Below, piece by piece: positions 27,105 through 39,445 of a stretch of DNA of 64,000 bases. The first letter of the stretch is position 1. Each line of letters opens with the position of its first letter. A model generated the notes under the pieces. The model did not search any database and was not told where the DNA came from. It worked only from the letters and a program-made list of their open reading frames with translations. The translations under genes and the position numbers were made by a program. The stretch covers positions 62,374,001 through 62,438,000 of the forward strand of contig CM059438.1 of NCBI GenBank assembly GCA_030390025.1, in the 5' to 3' direction. The stretch is from Squalus acanthias. Taxonomy: Eukaryota.

Positions 27105-27915
27105 AGGATTACATAGGACATACAGCGCAGAAACAGGGCATTCGGCCCAACCAGTCCATGCTGGTGTTTATGCTCCACTCGAGCCTCCTCCCATCTTTCC
27201 TCATCTAACTCTATCACCATAACCGTCTATTCCCTTCTCCCTCATTTGCTTATGTAGCCTCCCCTTAAATGCATCTATACTATTCGCTTCAACCACTCCC
27301 TGTGGTAGCGAGTTCCACATTCTCACCACTCTCTGGGTAAAAAAGTTTCTTCTGAATTCCCTATTTGATTTCTTGGTGACTACCTTATATTGATGGCCTC
27401 TAGTTATGCTCTTCCCCACAAGTGGAAACACTCTCTCCTTGTCTACTCTGTCAAAACCTTTCACAATTTTAAAGACCTCTATTAGCCTCAAGAGAAAAGA
27501 GACCCAGCCTATTCATCCTTTCCTGATAGGTATAACCTTGCATTTCTGGTATCATCCTTATAAATCTTTTTTGCACCCTCTCCAGTGCCTCTATCAATTT
27601 TATGATATGGCAACCAGAATTGTACACAGTACTCCAAGTGTGGTCTAACCAAAGTTCGATACAAGTTTAGCATAACTTCTCTACTTTTCAATTCTATCCC
27701 TCTAGAAATAAAGTCGAGTGCTTGGTTTGCTTTTTTTATGGCCTTGTTTACCTGCGTCGCTACTTTTAGTGATTTGTGTATTTTTACTCCGAGATCCCTT
27801 TGATCTTCTACCCCATTTAGATTCTTGTTTTTCAAGAAATATGTGACCTCGCTATTTTTCTTACCAAAACTTAATACCTCACATTTATCTGTGTTGAAAT
27901 TAATTTGCCAATTAT
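27105..27915 (-). mobile_element. CR1 LINE 3' fragment
   Basis: QRDLGV..LYRTLVRPHLEYCVQFW and RRNFFTQRVVRMWNSLP in ORFs 27509-27835 and 27201-27491. Confidence 0.9.
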
Positions 27916-28061
27916 ATAATTAAAAAAATACTGTTAATAACAGTGGGGAAGACTGCCTCTGTGCGACCAGTGCAGTGAAACATATCCTTTGCAAATGGCT
28001 TTACAATGTTGCTACAGCTGCCACTAAGGAAATTCTCCCCCATTTTTTACAATGAATCGAT

Positions 28062-28436
28062 GGGGTCTATTTTGACCTTTTTGCGACTTTGAGGCCCTGG
28101 CCCTCATTTAAACTTGGCAGGCGAGCTATTTGACGTCCCAGATGTAGGCCTCATGATCGGGCCGGGGCGGCCCCAGCAAGGTAAGTTGCGGGGTGGGGGG
28201 AGGGGTCGTGATCGTGGAGGGGGGGTCCTGGGGAGGCAGCGGCCCAGATTATTTTTGTGGGCCCCGGAGGAGGACTCATGGAAAAATAGCTCGAGACTTA
28301 CTTTTGGAGGCTTCCGGTTCCATTGCTGCGCAGGCTCTGATCAGTTCCGACCTAAAATGATATTCGGGGTCCTATTTACATCAAAATAGGCGGTCGCTTT
28401 GGATACCTGGCAGTAGGCCCCTTTCAAAATGGATTC
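28062..28436. mobile_element. Degenerate MITE (Harbinger-type)
   Basis: Ends GGGGTCTATTTTGAC and TTCAAAATGGATTC form imperfect inverted termini around a GC-rich interior. Confidence 0.45.
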
Positions 28437-28476
28437 TGGCCACATCGCCTGTGTTAATGGAATGGTAAGGCTGCCA

Positions 28477-29678
28477 ATTCCAGAGATGAGGTGAGAGTGA
28501 CTGCCCTTGACATCAAGGCAGCATTTGACCGAGTGTGGCATCAAGGAGCCCTTGTAAAACTGAAGTCAATGGGAATCGGAGGCAAATCGCTCCACTGGCT
28601 GGAATCATACCTAGCACAAAGGAAAATGGTTGTGGTGGTTGAAGGTCAATCATCACAGCCCCAGGACATCGCTGCAGGAGTTCCTCAGTGCAGTGCCCTA
28701 GGCCCAACTATCTTCAGCTGCTTCATCAATGACCTTCCCTCCAACATAAGGTCAGAAATGGTGATGTTCGCTGATGACTGCACAGTGTTCAGCGCCATTC
28801 ACAACTCCTCAGATAATGAAGCAGTCCATGCCCGCATGCAACAAGACCTGGACGACGTTCAGGCTTGGGCTGATAAGTGGCAGGTAACATTCGCGCCACA
28901 CAAGTGCCAGGCAATGACTATCTCCAACAAGCGAGAGTCTAGCCACCTCCCCATGACATTCAACGACATTACCATCACCGAATCCCCCACCATCAACATC
29001 CTGGGGGTCACCAATGACCAGAAACTTAACTGGACCTGCCACATAAATACTGTGGCAACAAGAGCAGGTCAGAGGCTAGGTATTCTGCGGCGAGTGTCTC
29101 ACCTCCTGACTCCCCAAAGCCTTTCCACCATCTACAAGGCACAAGTAAGGAGTGTGATGGAATACTTTCCACTTGCCTGGATGAGTGCAGCTCCAACAAC
29201 ACTCAAGAAGCTCGACACCATCCAGGACAAAGCAGCCCGCTTGATTGGCACCCCATTCACCACCTTAAACATTCACTCCCTCCACCACCGGCGTACCGTG
29301 GCTGCAGTGTGCACCATCTACAAGATGCACTGCAGCAACTCGCCAAGGCTTCTTCGGCAGCACCTCCCAAACCCGTGACCTCTTCCACTTAGAAGGACAA
29401 GAGCAGCAGGCGCATGGGAACACCACCATCTCCAAGTTTCCCTCCAAGTCACACACCATCCTGACTTAGAAGTATATCGCCGATCCTTCATCGTCGCTGG
29501 GTCAAAATCCTGGAACTCCCTACCTAACAGCATTGTGGGAGTACCTTCACTACACGGACTGCAGCGGTTCAAGAAGGCGGCTCACCACCACCTTCTCAAG
29601 GGCAATTAAGGATGGGCAATAAATGCTGGCCTTGCCAGCGATGCCCACATCCCGTAAACGAATAAAAAAAAAAAAAAA
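28477..29678 (+). mobile_element. Second CR1-clade-like LINE family, 5'-truncated, young, poly(A)-tailed
   Basis: Open RT frame 28491-29378, a distinctive 3' UTR, and an A-tail at about 29664-29678. Confidence 0.9.
28491..29378 (+). pseudogene. Truncated non-LTR reverse transcriptase ORF (295 aa)
   Basis: ALDIKAAFDRVWH, AGVPQCSALGP (altered GVPQGS motif), MFADDCTV. No genuine start; the TGA stop looks like CGA decay. Confidence 0.85.
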
Positions 29679-29756
29679 CATTTTGAGGTCATTACTCCCC
29701 CGTTATGATTTGAGCTTCAGTGAACATAATGGAGCTAGGATTTTTTTCTAAACCAT

Positions 29757-29978
29757 TGTTTAAGGTGGTGGATGGGGTGCCAATCAAGCGGGCTGCTTTG
29801 TCCTGGATGGTGTTGAGCTTCTTAAGTGTTGTTGGAGCTGCACTCATCCAGGCAAGTGGAGAGTATTCCATCACACTCCTTACTTGTGCCTTGTCGATGG
29901 TGGAAAGGCTTTGGGGAGTCAGGAGATGAGACACTCGCCGCAGAATACCCAGCCTCTGAACTGCTCTTGTAGGCACAG
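29757..29978 (-). repeat. Inverted internal copy of the adjacent LINE segment 29050-29271
   Basis: About 222 bp with about 10 mismatches by eye. Lacks the LINE 3' end. Confidence 0.9.
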
Positions 29979-30661
29979 ATATAAAATTCTTGAGTATCCT
30001 GCGGAATTTGTCACCCTTATTTCATGTTGTCCTGATTTAGTAATGCTGTTATGACATTGCTGATGTCTGAAGTGTAAGAGTAACAGCTGTTATTACTTTT
30101 AATCGGTAACACTGTGCTGCCTGCTATTCAGTCCTCCCACCACTTGTGGCACTGTGACTGAGCAGCTCAGGTCCAACCACCATTGCCCTGTTACATCATA
30201 TGCAGCTGAAAGACACAGCAGGGGATACAGTGTGTGTGCGTGTATACCTGTTATTGTCTATGTGAGGAAAAAGTCTGTAATGGCTGAATTATCCTTCATA
30301 AGAATGATTTCAGATTGAGCAGAAATCTGTGTGGAATTGTTTATGCCATTGTGAATTCTCCCTGTAAAACTTTTTGCATCAGTGCATTGTAACTGAACTG
30401 GAGAATTAAACCGTTTTTCATCTGATTAGACATCAGAATTGGAAATAAAATGTTCTGTTTCATCTGTTTAAGTTAAGTGCTTTATAAGTGACATTTCTGT
30501 TAACTCCTTTGATGCTAAAAAAAATTGACAAACTTAGCAATTCTTAATTTATGTTTATCTATAAATAGCAATGGAAAAGCCAGTGTTAAAATACCGCATC
30601 AAATTTCCTGGAAAATATGAACACTTCAAAAGAGTGTATCAAATGTACTAATGAATATAAT

Positions 30662-31398
30662 AAAACAAACAGAGATGCTGGAAATACTCAGCAGGTCAGC
30701 AACACCTGTGGAGAGAGAAACAGAGTTAACATTTCAGGTCGATGACCTTTCGTCAGAACTGGAAAAAGTTGGAGATGCAACAGGTTTTAAGCAAGTGCAG
30801 GGGCAGGGAAAGGGGGAGGGGAGGAAAGAACAAAAGGGAAGGTCTGTGATAGGATGGAAGTCAGGAGAGATTAAATGACAAAAGGGATGATGATGCAAGG
30901 CGAAAGGAGATGGTAATGGAACAAGTAAAGAAATAAAAGATAGGTCTAGAGGAGGTGTAAATGGGAATGGCAGAAAAATCAACAGCTGCCGTCTGAAAAA
31001 ATGGGGGCAGAGGTTAGGATCTGAAATTGTTGAAACCAATGTTGAGTCCGGAAGGCTGTAAAGTGCCTCGAGCTTGCGTTGAACTTCATTGGAACAGTGT
31101 AAGAGGCCAAGGACAGAGAGGTCAGAGTAGGAGTAGAGTGGAGAATTAAAGTAACAGGCGGCCAGAAGCTCAGGATCACACTTGCGGACTGAACGAAGGT
31201 GCTCCGCAAAACGGTCACCCAATCTGCGTTTGGTCTCCCCAATGTAGAGGAGACCACATCGTGAGCAGCGAATACAGTATACTAAATTGAAAGAAATACA
31301 AGTAAATAGCTGTTTCACGTTTGCTGCCTAACCTGCCGAGATTTCCAGCATTTTCTGTTTTTATTTCAGATTTCCAGTATCCGCAGTATTTTGCTTTT
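30662..31398 (-). mobile_element. Penelope-like element remnant (GIY-YIG) with inverted terminal repeat
   Basis: LVYCIRCSRCGLLYIGETKRRLGDRFAEH in ORF 30734-31318. Terminus 30662-30760 is repeated in inverted orientation at about 31322-31398. Hammerhead at 30724-30760. Confidence 0.88.
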
Positions 31399-32059
31399 AT
31401 AATAAAACAAACCATTTCTTTCACATCAAAGGAATAACACCGAATTATATCAAGAAGACAAACCACTTCGAATTTTTAAGTAATCAAAGCAGGCAATTTA
31501 GACTCTGTCACAATACTACATGGCACTGTAAAATACTGAGGAGACTTCTATGTGAAGAATAGTTACAATTTCTCAAATTGAAATCTGACCTTATTACATT
31601 TTTGTCGTGGAATGATAAATAGCAGCTCAGCGATTCGAATGTTGAACTTCATTGTGTTAGAGTAATGGGTTCTTTCCTACTGGTTGAATGGAAAACCACT
31701 AAAGTTGGTCATTTATTCAATGCTGTACAATTGAACTGGAGAACCGATCAAAGCTGGTCAGTTAAGACCAGATGCCATTGTAATGATTTAACGTTTCATT
31801 GATATTCTAGTTCTTCCCTCCCAAAATAACTACACATTACATTGTACTAGTCTGTAAAAACTTACTCAAGTTATAAAAGTTGCCTTTTGTCCAACTTGGA
31901 TTAAGTATATTATAGTTAACGTCACTTTTATTTGGTAAAGTGGCTCAGGGCGTGATTGAGAAGGTGTCCAAAAGCTTCTGTATGCATTTTTTTTCAGAAA
32001 GGGGCTGAGTGCTCCCCCAAGGGCTCATTGCATTTCATCAGTCAGTAGTTGACTCATAC

Positions 32060-32697
32060 ATAGGATCATAGAATCATAGAAATTTACAGCACGAAAGGAG
32101 GCCATTTCGGCCCATTGTGTCCGCACCGGCCAACAAAGAGCTATCCAGCCGAATCCCACTTCCCAGCTCTTGGTCCGTAACCCTGCAGGTTACAGCATCC
32201 CAAGTGCACATCCAAGTACTTTTTAAATGTGGTTAGGGTTTCCTGCCTCTAATACCCTTTCAGGCAGTGAGTTCCAGACCCCCACAACCCTCTGGGTGAA
32301 GAAATTTCCCCTCAAATCCCTTCTAAACCTTCCACCAATTACTCTAAATCTGTGCCCCCTGGTTTTTGACCCCTCTGCTAAGGGAAATAGGTTCTTTCTA
32401 TCCACTTTATCTATGTCCCTCATAATTTTATACACCTCAATAAGGTCTCCCCTCAGCCTCCTCTGTTCCAAGGAAAACAAACCCAGCCTATCCAGTCTTT
32501 CCTCATAGCTAAGATTCTCTACTCCCGACAACATCCTTGTAAATCTTCTCTGTACCCTCTCTAGTGCAATCGCATCTTTCCTGTAATGTGGTGACCAGAA
32601 CTGCACGCAGTACTCTAGCTGAGGCCTAACTAGTGTTTTATACAGTTGAAGCATAACCCCCCTGCTCTTGTATTCTGTGCCACGGCTAATAAAGGCG
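32060..32697 (-). mobile_element. CR1 LINE 3' fragment
   Basis: ORF 32223-32702 reads LYKTLVRPQLEYCVQFWSP..LERVQRRFTRM..FFTQRVVGVWNSLP; (ATTCTATG)-type tail. Confidence 0.9.
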
Positions 32698-33384
32698 TAC
32701 ATACTAGGAAAGTTGCAGGTTCAATTTCCGGTCCCTGCTGTGTCAGCTGATCTCCACTGCGGCCATAGCAGGGATACAACAATTGGTCTCCACCTGCCTG
32801 TGGTGGCCAGAGTTCTCCTTCTTGGCGGTGATGCCCTCCCTCCATGATTAAATTGCCTGCTGACATTCACTGGAGGCTCACGTGTGAACAGTGGCCGCTT
32901 GGGCTAAGTACTGAAGGGAAACCATGGCTCGTAGATCTGTATTCCACCAACAGTCACCCTCTTCAGCAGAGGAGGAAGTGACCAGAGGGGAATAAAGAGT
33001 TGAATATTGCAAGAAGTTGCACGTTCCGAACTGAACAGCAAGAGTGTTTTCTATAGTCCCTGGAGCTCTTGGATTGTGTTACCTCTTTGGACGGTCGAGT
33101 CCCAAGACAGATGTTCAAGCCCTGGGATTAGTGTAAGCATGAGCCATTAGACTGATCCCTAGAGGAAAGACTGGAGAAATGCAAGAGGAGGCAGCTAAGA
33201 GGTGACCTTATCGAGTTATATAATAATAAACTGTAGAAAAGGTAAATCCAGAAGACGAGACTAATCAATTTGTGGAGTTGATATCTGCAGAGGATAGTGG
33301 AGGCAAAGATCTTGGAATCATTTAATAAACAGTTGAATGTTGCAGTGCAGGAACTGTATGTTCTCTCTGGATGACTGAGCCAAG

Positions 33385-33745
33385 GGGGGTTTATCGATCA
33401 GGTGGTGGAGTTTGATCATTTGAATTCAGTTTTTAAAAATCTGAAAAAAAATAAAGTTGGTATCAGTAAAAGTGAGCATGAAGCTGCCGGCTTGTCATTA
33501 AAAACCCAACTGGTTCATGAATAGGGAAAGAAACCTGCTGTTTTTACCTGGTCTGGACTATATGTGACTCCAGTCCGACACCAACATGGTTGACTCTTAA
33601 CTGCCCTCTGAAGTGGACTAGCAAGTCACTTGGTTATATCAAGCCGCTACGGCAGTTCAAGAAAAAGGCCCACCAGCACCTTCTCAGGGCAATAAATGCC
33701 AACCTTGCCAGCGACGCCCATATCCCAAGAATGAATTTTAAAAAT
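33385..33745 (+). mobile_element. SINE sharing its 3' tail with the 28477-29678 LINE family
   Basis: 3' part gcagttcaagaaaaaggcccaccagcaccttctcagggcaataaatgcc..gccagcgacgcccatatccc matches 29560-29655. The 5' body is unrelated to the LINE ORF. Confidence 0.7.
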
Positions 33746-34842
33746 CCCTCCAAATGGTTATTTTATGCAATTCAGATTATTAAAATGCATCTTCATAAAA
33801 TGGCTGCTTGTAATACTCCACACTCCTTAGCAGCTGCTCTCAGCAGGCTGTGCCACTATTTGAAGTGACAAGTGAAAACAAATCTCTTACCCACAAGGGG
33901 GTAATGTTATGTCAGCTTGCTTTCTCATCTCTTGATGGCCTGCTTCACAGTGACACAGACCTGCAAGAGGTCACCTATCCAGTTTCTTGATGTGGTGATA
34001 CATTCCAGATCAGGTAAACAACTTCAAGCTTGCCTACAAAAATTGAGCAATAAAACTGATCACTTGAGCGAAATGATGGTACATTTGAGTGCTACAATGA
34101 GAAGATGGTGGTGCACTTTGCCAATTCCGTGTACATTTTTGACATAGTTGATGGCACCAACTGCTCCTTGCTGGCAGTGATCTCCTCCATCTAATGCTCC
34201 CCCTGAAAATATATCTTCTGAGCACAAGATACTACAGTACTGAGAATTGGTTCCTACTGATTGCCTGGTTGCATCAGTGAGGTTCATGAAGTATCTTACT
34301 AATGGCTGCCGTTTATCTCTGCCGGGTACGAGTTCTCTCATGTCAGAAATCTGAAAGGTACCAGAAATATGAAGATGCCTCTTGCAAGTTAATTAGGAAA
34401 GCCAGGTCCAAGGCAGGGCTTTGTTAGCTGCATTCATTACCCTTCACTTCAATAAAAAGCTAATGTAAGGGATTGATGGTGGTAGTCTTTGACGTTACTG
34501 TTGACTCACTGAAATGAACCCATGAGTCGGTGTGCTAATGAACTGTAAAGTAGCACCAGAAGGTATTTGACAATGCTCTGTAAACCTCATTAAAATTCTG
34601 GAGATGTAGTTTTATAGTCTGAGTATATCAGCATTATGAGTGCTATCTCATGGCAGCATTTGAAAGCGACAGTTTTTGTCTTAAATCACCTGTGAAAATG
34701 ATAATATGCAAATCTCTCCTGTCAGTAATGTATCGCAGCATTAGAAACCTATGCAAAACATTATTTAATGAACAATAGTTTCCAAAAAAAATTTTTTTAA
34801 ATCCACTTCTCTTTATTTTGATGCAAAACAAGTTTAAATAGT

Positions 34843-35281
34843 GGGCAACATGGTGGCATAGTGGTTAGCACTGGTGCCTCACAGCACCAGGGACCCGGGT
34901 TCGAATCTGACCTCGGGTAACTGTCTGTGTGGAGTTTGCACATTCTCCCCGTGTTTGCGTGGGTTTCCTCCGGGTGCTCCGGTTTCCTCCCACAGTCCAA
35001 AAATGTGCGGGTTAGGTTGATTTGGCTATGATAAATTGACCCTTAGTGTTAGGGGGGGATTAAATATGTGGGGTTATGGGGATAGGATGGGATATGTTAG
35101 GGGGAATTAAATACGTGGGGTTACGGGGGTAGGGTGGGATATGTGTACTGTGGGGATTAAAAGCAGGGACAGGGTACTGGATTTGGATGATCAGCCATGA
35201 TCGTATTGAATGGTGGAGCAGGCTCGATGGGCTGAATGGCCTACTTCTGCTCCTAGATTCTATGTTTCTATGTTTCTATGA
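34843..35281 (+). mobile_element. HE1-like V-SINE with CR1 (HER1-type) tail
   Basis: A box TGGCATAGTGG, B box GGTTCGAATC, V-domain gtgtggagtttgcacattctccccgtg..gggtttcctccgggtgctccggtttcctcccacagtccaaa, and tail ggctcgatgggctgaatggcc..(ttctatgt)n. Confidence 0.88.
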
Positions 35282-35863
35282 TACCCATTCAACCATCACA
35301 GCCAAAAGTACATTTCTGATAGCATAAATAGGCTGCTTATTAAACCCATCAAAGACTGCATCCATGCAATGGCCGATTTTCAAAGATTCGTTGTCTTGGT
35401 GCAGTTTATAGTTGAAGCACTCGTTCTTTGACCGAACATGCAAACTGCTATTTTCAGCAGATTTGCCCATTTTTAAAGCGCAGAATTTTTCAGGTACAAC
35501 ACGTAACAACAGATTTGGCACAATGGTTGGCCAAATGTGTGGTTTTGTTTACAAATGCGTGAGATCCACAAATTGGAAAAGCAGAAAAGCACGTGTTTGA
35601 AATTCCTGAATCCCATTTAAAAATGCTTTCTAAATGGATCTTTTTACTGTAAAACTACACATTATTTTTAAAAGATTTCCATTTTTAAAGGAGTTTACTT
35701 TGCATATGTAATCAAAATAACATTTAATAAAAGGCACAAGGAGGTCCATCAGGACATAAGAGGCTCTTAGTGTAAAAATAACCCAAATTGTGAATTGTTC
35801 TGTCTAAAAATGACATCAGCTGACCAGCTTTGGCTGCTTAATACCCTGTGTAGTGTACTACAC

Positions 35864-36000
35864 GGTTCTGACGAAGGGTCATCGACCTGAAACGTTAACT
35901 CTTTTTTTTCTCTCTCCATGGATGCTGCCTGACCTGCTGAGTGTTTCCAGCATTTTCTGTTGTTATTTCAGATTTCCAGCATCTGCAGTATTTGCTATTG
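35864..36000 (+). mobile_element. Short PLE terminal fragment with intact minimal hammerhead
   Basis: GTT-CTGACGA-A-GGGTC-ATC-GACCT-GAAA-CG-TT-AAC (35865-35899), followed by gatgctgcctgacctgctgag..tttccagcattttctg. Confidence 0.8.
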
Positions 36001-36121
36001 TATTCCAAAAGGATGTTGGTTCTGGACACCAATTCTGTTGCACGTGAGATCTATTTGGAAAACGAAATGTTTGGACCACATTGACTGATGAGGTGCATTC
36101 ATATTGTAGGGTGGACACTAT

Positions 36122-36956
36122 GGGCTGGATTTTGTGAATGGAGGCGAGTTGGAGGCGGGACTGCTGCTTGTCGTGTCAATGTCCCGCCTCCATCCTCGCC
36201 TGACCATTCAGAGGGATTTTCCCCTGATTGAGCTTGTTAAGCGCGCCCTGTGGGCTCAGCAAGCCAATTAGGGAAGAAGTCACTGACAGATCACGTCAAC
36301 GTCAGACACGCTATCTGTCAAGACTTCTTGAAAGAAGAAATGACAGCGTTTGACAGCTCTGTGAAGCTGTCAAACACTGACATTCTCTTTAGTTTGATGA
36401 GTTTTTGTGGTGAGGACTCAACAAACATTGAAAATAAGTAAATTTCAGATGTCTGATGGATCGGAGGGTCCATCAGCCATTACCTGAAATTGATAAGGAG
36501 GATGTCCGCTCTCCCGATCCAGCGCGGCTAAAGGCTATAAAAGGAAAAAAAGGTAAGTGAACACTTTTTTAAACTAATCACTCACCTTGCATACTTACCA
36601 CTCCACACTTGCCCCCATCACTCACCTCTACACCTTACCTCCAGGTGCCTCCGACCCCCGCAGACCTCCTCCACGTCTCCTCCAACCCGACGGGGTTCTC
36701 CGAGGTCGGGAAGCCTTCACCTGTGAAGGTAAAATGGCACTAATCCTTTTTTCTGCCTGTTAACAGGCAGTTAAAAGGATTAAAAGCCTTTCCCGCCTCC
36801 AGGAGACGGGACCGGAAGCTGCACATCTTCCCGCCTCCTGGCATGTGGGCACAGAGGCGGGATGGGGGCGGGTTTGCCATCCGCCCCCACTTTCTCTGAT
36901 TTTACGGGCTGTCCCGCCTCCATGCCCGCCTCCTCGGGGCTTGGAAAATCCAGCCC
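36122..36956. mobile_element. Harbinger-type MITE (835 bp)
   Basis: Perfect 12-bp TIR GGGCTGGATTTT/AAAATCCAGCCC. Flanks TAT/TAA (3-bp TSD with one mismatch). GGCGGG/CCCGCC subterminal motifs. Confidence 0.85.
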
Positions 36957-37654
36957 TAATGGTTCACAGCGCAAACACCCCACGCTCGGAAAACCAACAG
37001 GACACTGGAAAATGTGGGTCTACAAAGGTGGTGTTTGGATTAAGGAGCCCAGGTATAAGTGTGGAGCTGGTCCTCCTGCGCTCCCATTAATTGAGCAACT
37101 GAGGCTGCACACTCCACGGCAGAACCCAGCGCAACAGGAGCCTCACTGAGAAGTAAAAGTGGAGAATGGCACTCAAAGGCAAGGAACTAGACATTATTAA
37201 AGCGCCTGTTATGACTTCTACATCTTGAGATGAGCCTCAGCCGTGCCCTGTAAAATGCACTTGAGCATTTTCTCCATTACTGGGATTACATTATATAGAA
37301 TTTACAACATAGAAACAGGCCATTCAGCCCAGCTGGTCGATGCTGCCGCTTATGATCCACATGAGCCTCCTCCCCCCCTCCCTTCTATTCCTTTCACCCT
37401 CATGTGTTATCGAGCTTCCCCTTAAATGCATCTATGCTGTAAATTTGTTCATCTGTTGTTTCCCAAATCATGTTTTCCTGTTTTTCTGAATACTCTATAC
37501 AGCCATCGTCCACTTTTCCTGAGTACAGTTGATGGAAAGATTAAAAGTATTCATTGAAGCCGTATCTGTTTCCTTGCTCATTTCTTTCAAGATTTCAGGG
37601 TATAGCTCCTTTAAAGGCTTCATGGAGGAGACGTGAGATCTGAGCAAGAGTAAA

Positions 37655-38215
37655 ACAAAATTAGGAGACATGACCATAAGCATGACTCAAGAGAAAAGTT
37701 TTGAAGAGCCTTTTAAGAAAGGGAAAATGAGCAGCAAAGTGGAGGGATTTCACGGAGTGAGTAGGACTGAGATGGCTGAAGGCCACTGATGTAGTCGAGG
37801 CAGAGTGCACAGCAGGCCAAGGGTGTGATGACTGAAGGGCACAGCCTTTGCCATAGGGCTGGAGGAGGTTGCAGAGGTCGGTTGCAACGAGGCCCTGGAG
37901 GGATTTGTAAACCAGGAGGCGGATTTTCAATTCAGTGCTTTGGGAAGCGGGAGCCAATGGAGTTGATGAGGACAGGTTTGATGGGCAGCGGGACTTAGTA
38001 TGGAACAGAATGCAGACTGTGAATTTGGAGTTCTGTAGGCAAGAACTCTGGAAACTGATGTTGAAGAACTTGAGTCTGGAGGTAACAAAAACAAGGATAA
38101 CTCTTTCAGCAGTGATGGCAGTGAGGTAAAGGTGAATACGGGCGATATTCCAGTAAGTGTTCCTTGTGATAAAATCTGGGTTTCGAGCTTGGCTTAGAGT
38201 CAAACAGGACACCTG
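37655..38215 (-). mobile_element. Old L2 LINE fragment
   Basis: ORF 37661-38212 has FVTSRL, LLVYKSLQGL and LKRLFKTFLL, decayed L2 motifs. Confidence 0.75.
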
Positions 38216-39445
38216 ATTTGACCCATAATTTTTCTGTTCAATTTATCCTTTTAAGGTCCTACCTGGTCTTTAACACACTGTCTACATTTTACATAGCTGG
38301 AAAATTTATTTGGAGCTCACTTGCTGCTGTCCATAGCCCACTTTTCTATTCAAGTTTCTTTTCCCTTCTGATAAGCAAATTAACCAAATCATCATTGTAA
38401 TCCTCACAGTCCAAATTACTTTGTAGTTCCTTGCACCCTATTTTTAGTAGCCTTTGGATTTTGTTTTACATTGCTTGGTGCTACGATTGCAATCTTGCTT
38501 TTTCCTTTTTCTCATTGGGAGATTTTCCCTTTCACATTTCTTTCAAGTAGGAGTGTTTAGTCTTTTGGGCTTAGTCGGACACCTGGGTGCATATCCTGAA
38601 ATCTTGTGGACCATGTAAAGTTTCAGTCCATGTTCCCATTAGTTTTCTTGTATTTCAAGTTGCTGATACTGACAGAATGTGGTGTTCTGCTGTAGGATTT
38701 ATCCACCAAGGAGGCAATAATGCTAAGAAATCCTCAGGCCACGAAATTCAAACTGGAAAAAAAGTGAGTAAAAAATGTGCGTGCAAAACAGGACAGAGTT
38801 GGCAGGGCTGACGGGCCAGATAATATCCCCGGGCTGTAATTTGGACACCACTGCCTTAAAGTATAATCTTTTAAAAATGCCAGATTTTCTTCTATTTTAT
38901 TTTTTAGTTCTAGCTTAATCTTCCCCAAAGTTCAGCCCTTCACTCAAAGGGAAAATGCTGGAATCCATTGTTAAGGAAGTGGTGGTATCAGGGCACTTAG
39001 AAAATCATAACATGATTAGGCAGAGTCAACATAGTTTTATGAAAGGGAAATCGTGTTTGACAAATTTATTAGAGTTTTTTGAGGATGTAACTAGCAGGGT
39101 AGATAAAGAGGAACCAGTGGATGTAGTATATTTGGATTTCCAAAAGGCATTCGATAAGGTGCCACATAAAAGGCTATTACACAAGATTAGGGCTCATGGG
39201 GTTGGGGGGAATGTAGTAGCATGGATAGAGGATTGGTTAACGGACAGAAAACAGAGAGTAGGGAAAAACGGATCTTTTTCAGGTTGGCAGGCTGTAACTA
39301 GTGGGGTGCCGCAAGGATCAGTGTTGGGGCCTCAGCTATTTACAATTTATATTAATGACCTAGATGAAGGGACCGAGTGTAATGTATCCAAGTTTGCTGA
39401 TGATACAAAGCTAGGTGAGACAGTAAGCTGTGAGGAGAACACAAA

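Noticed and set aside
34843..34915. tRNA gene
   Set aside because: The A/B boxes belong to a SINE head that continues into the V-domain; there is no complete cloverleaf.
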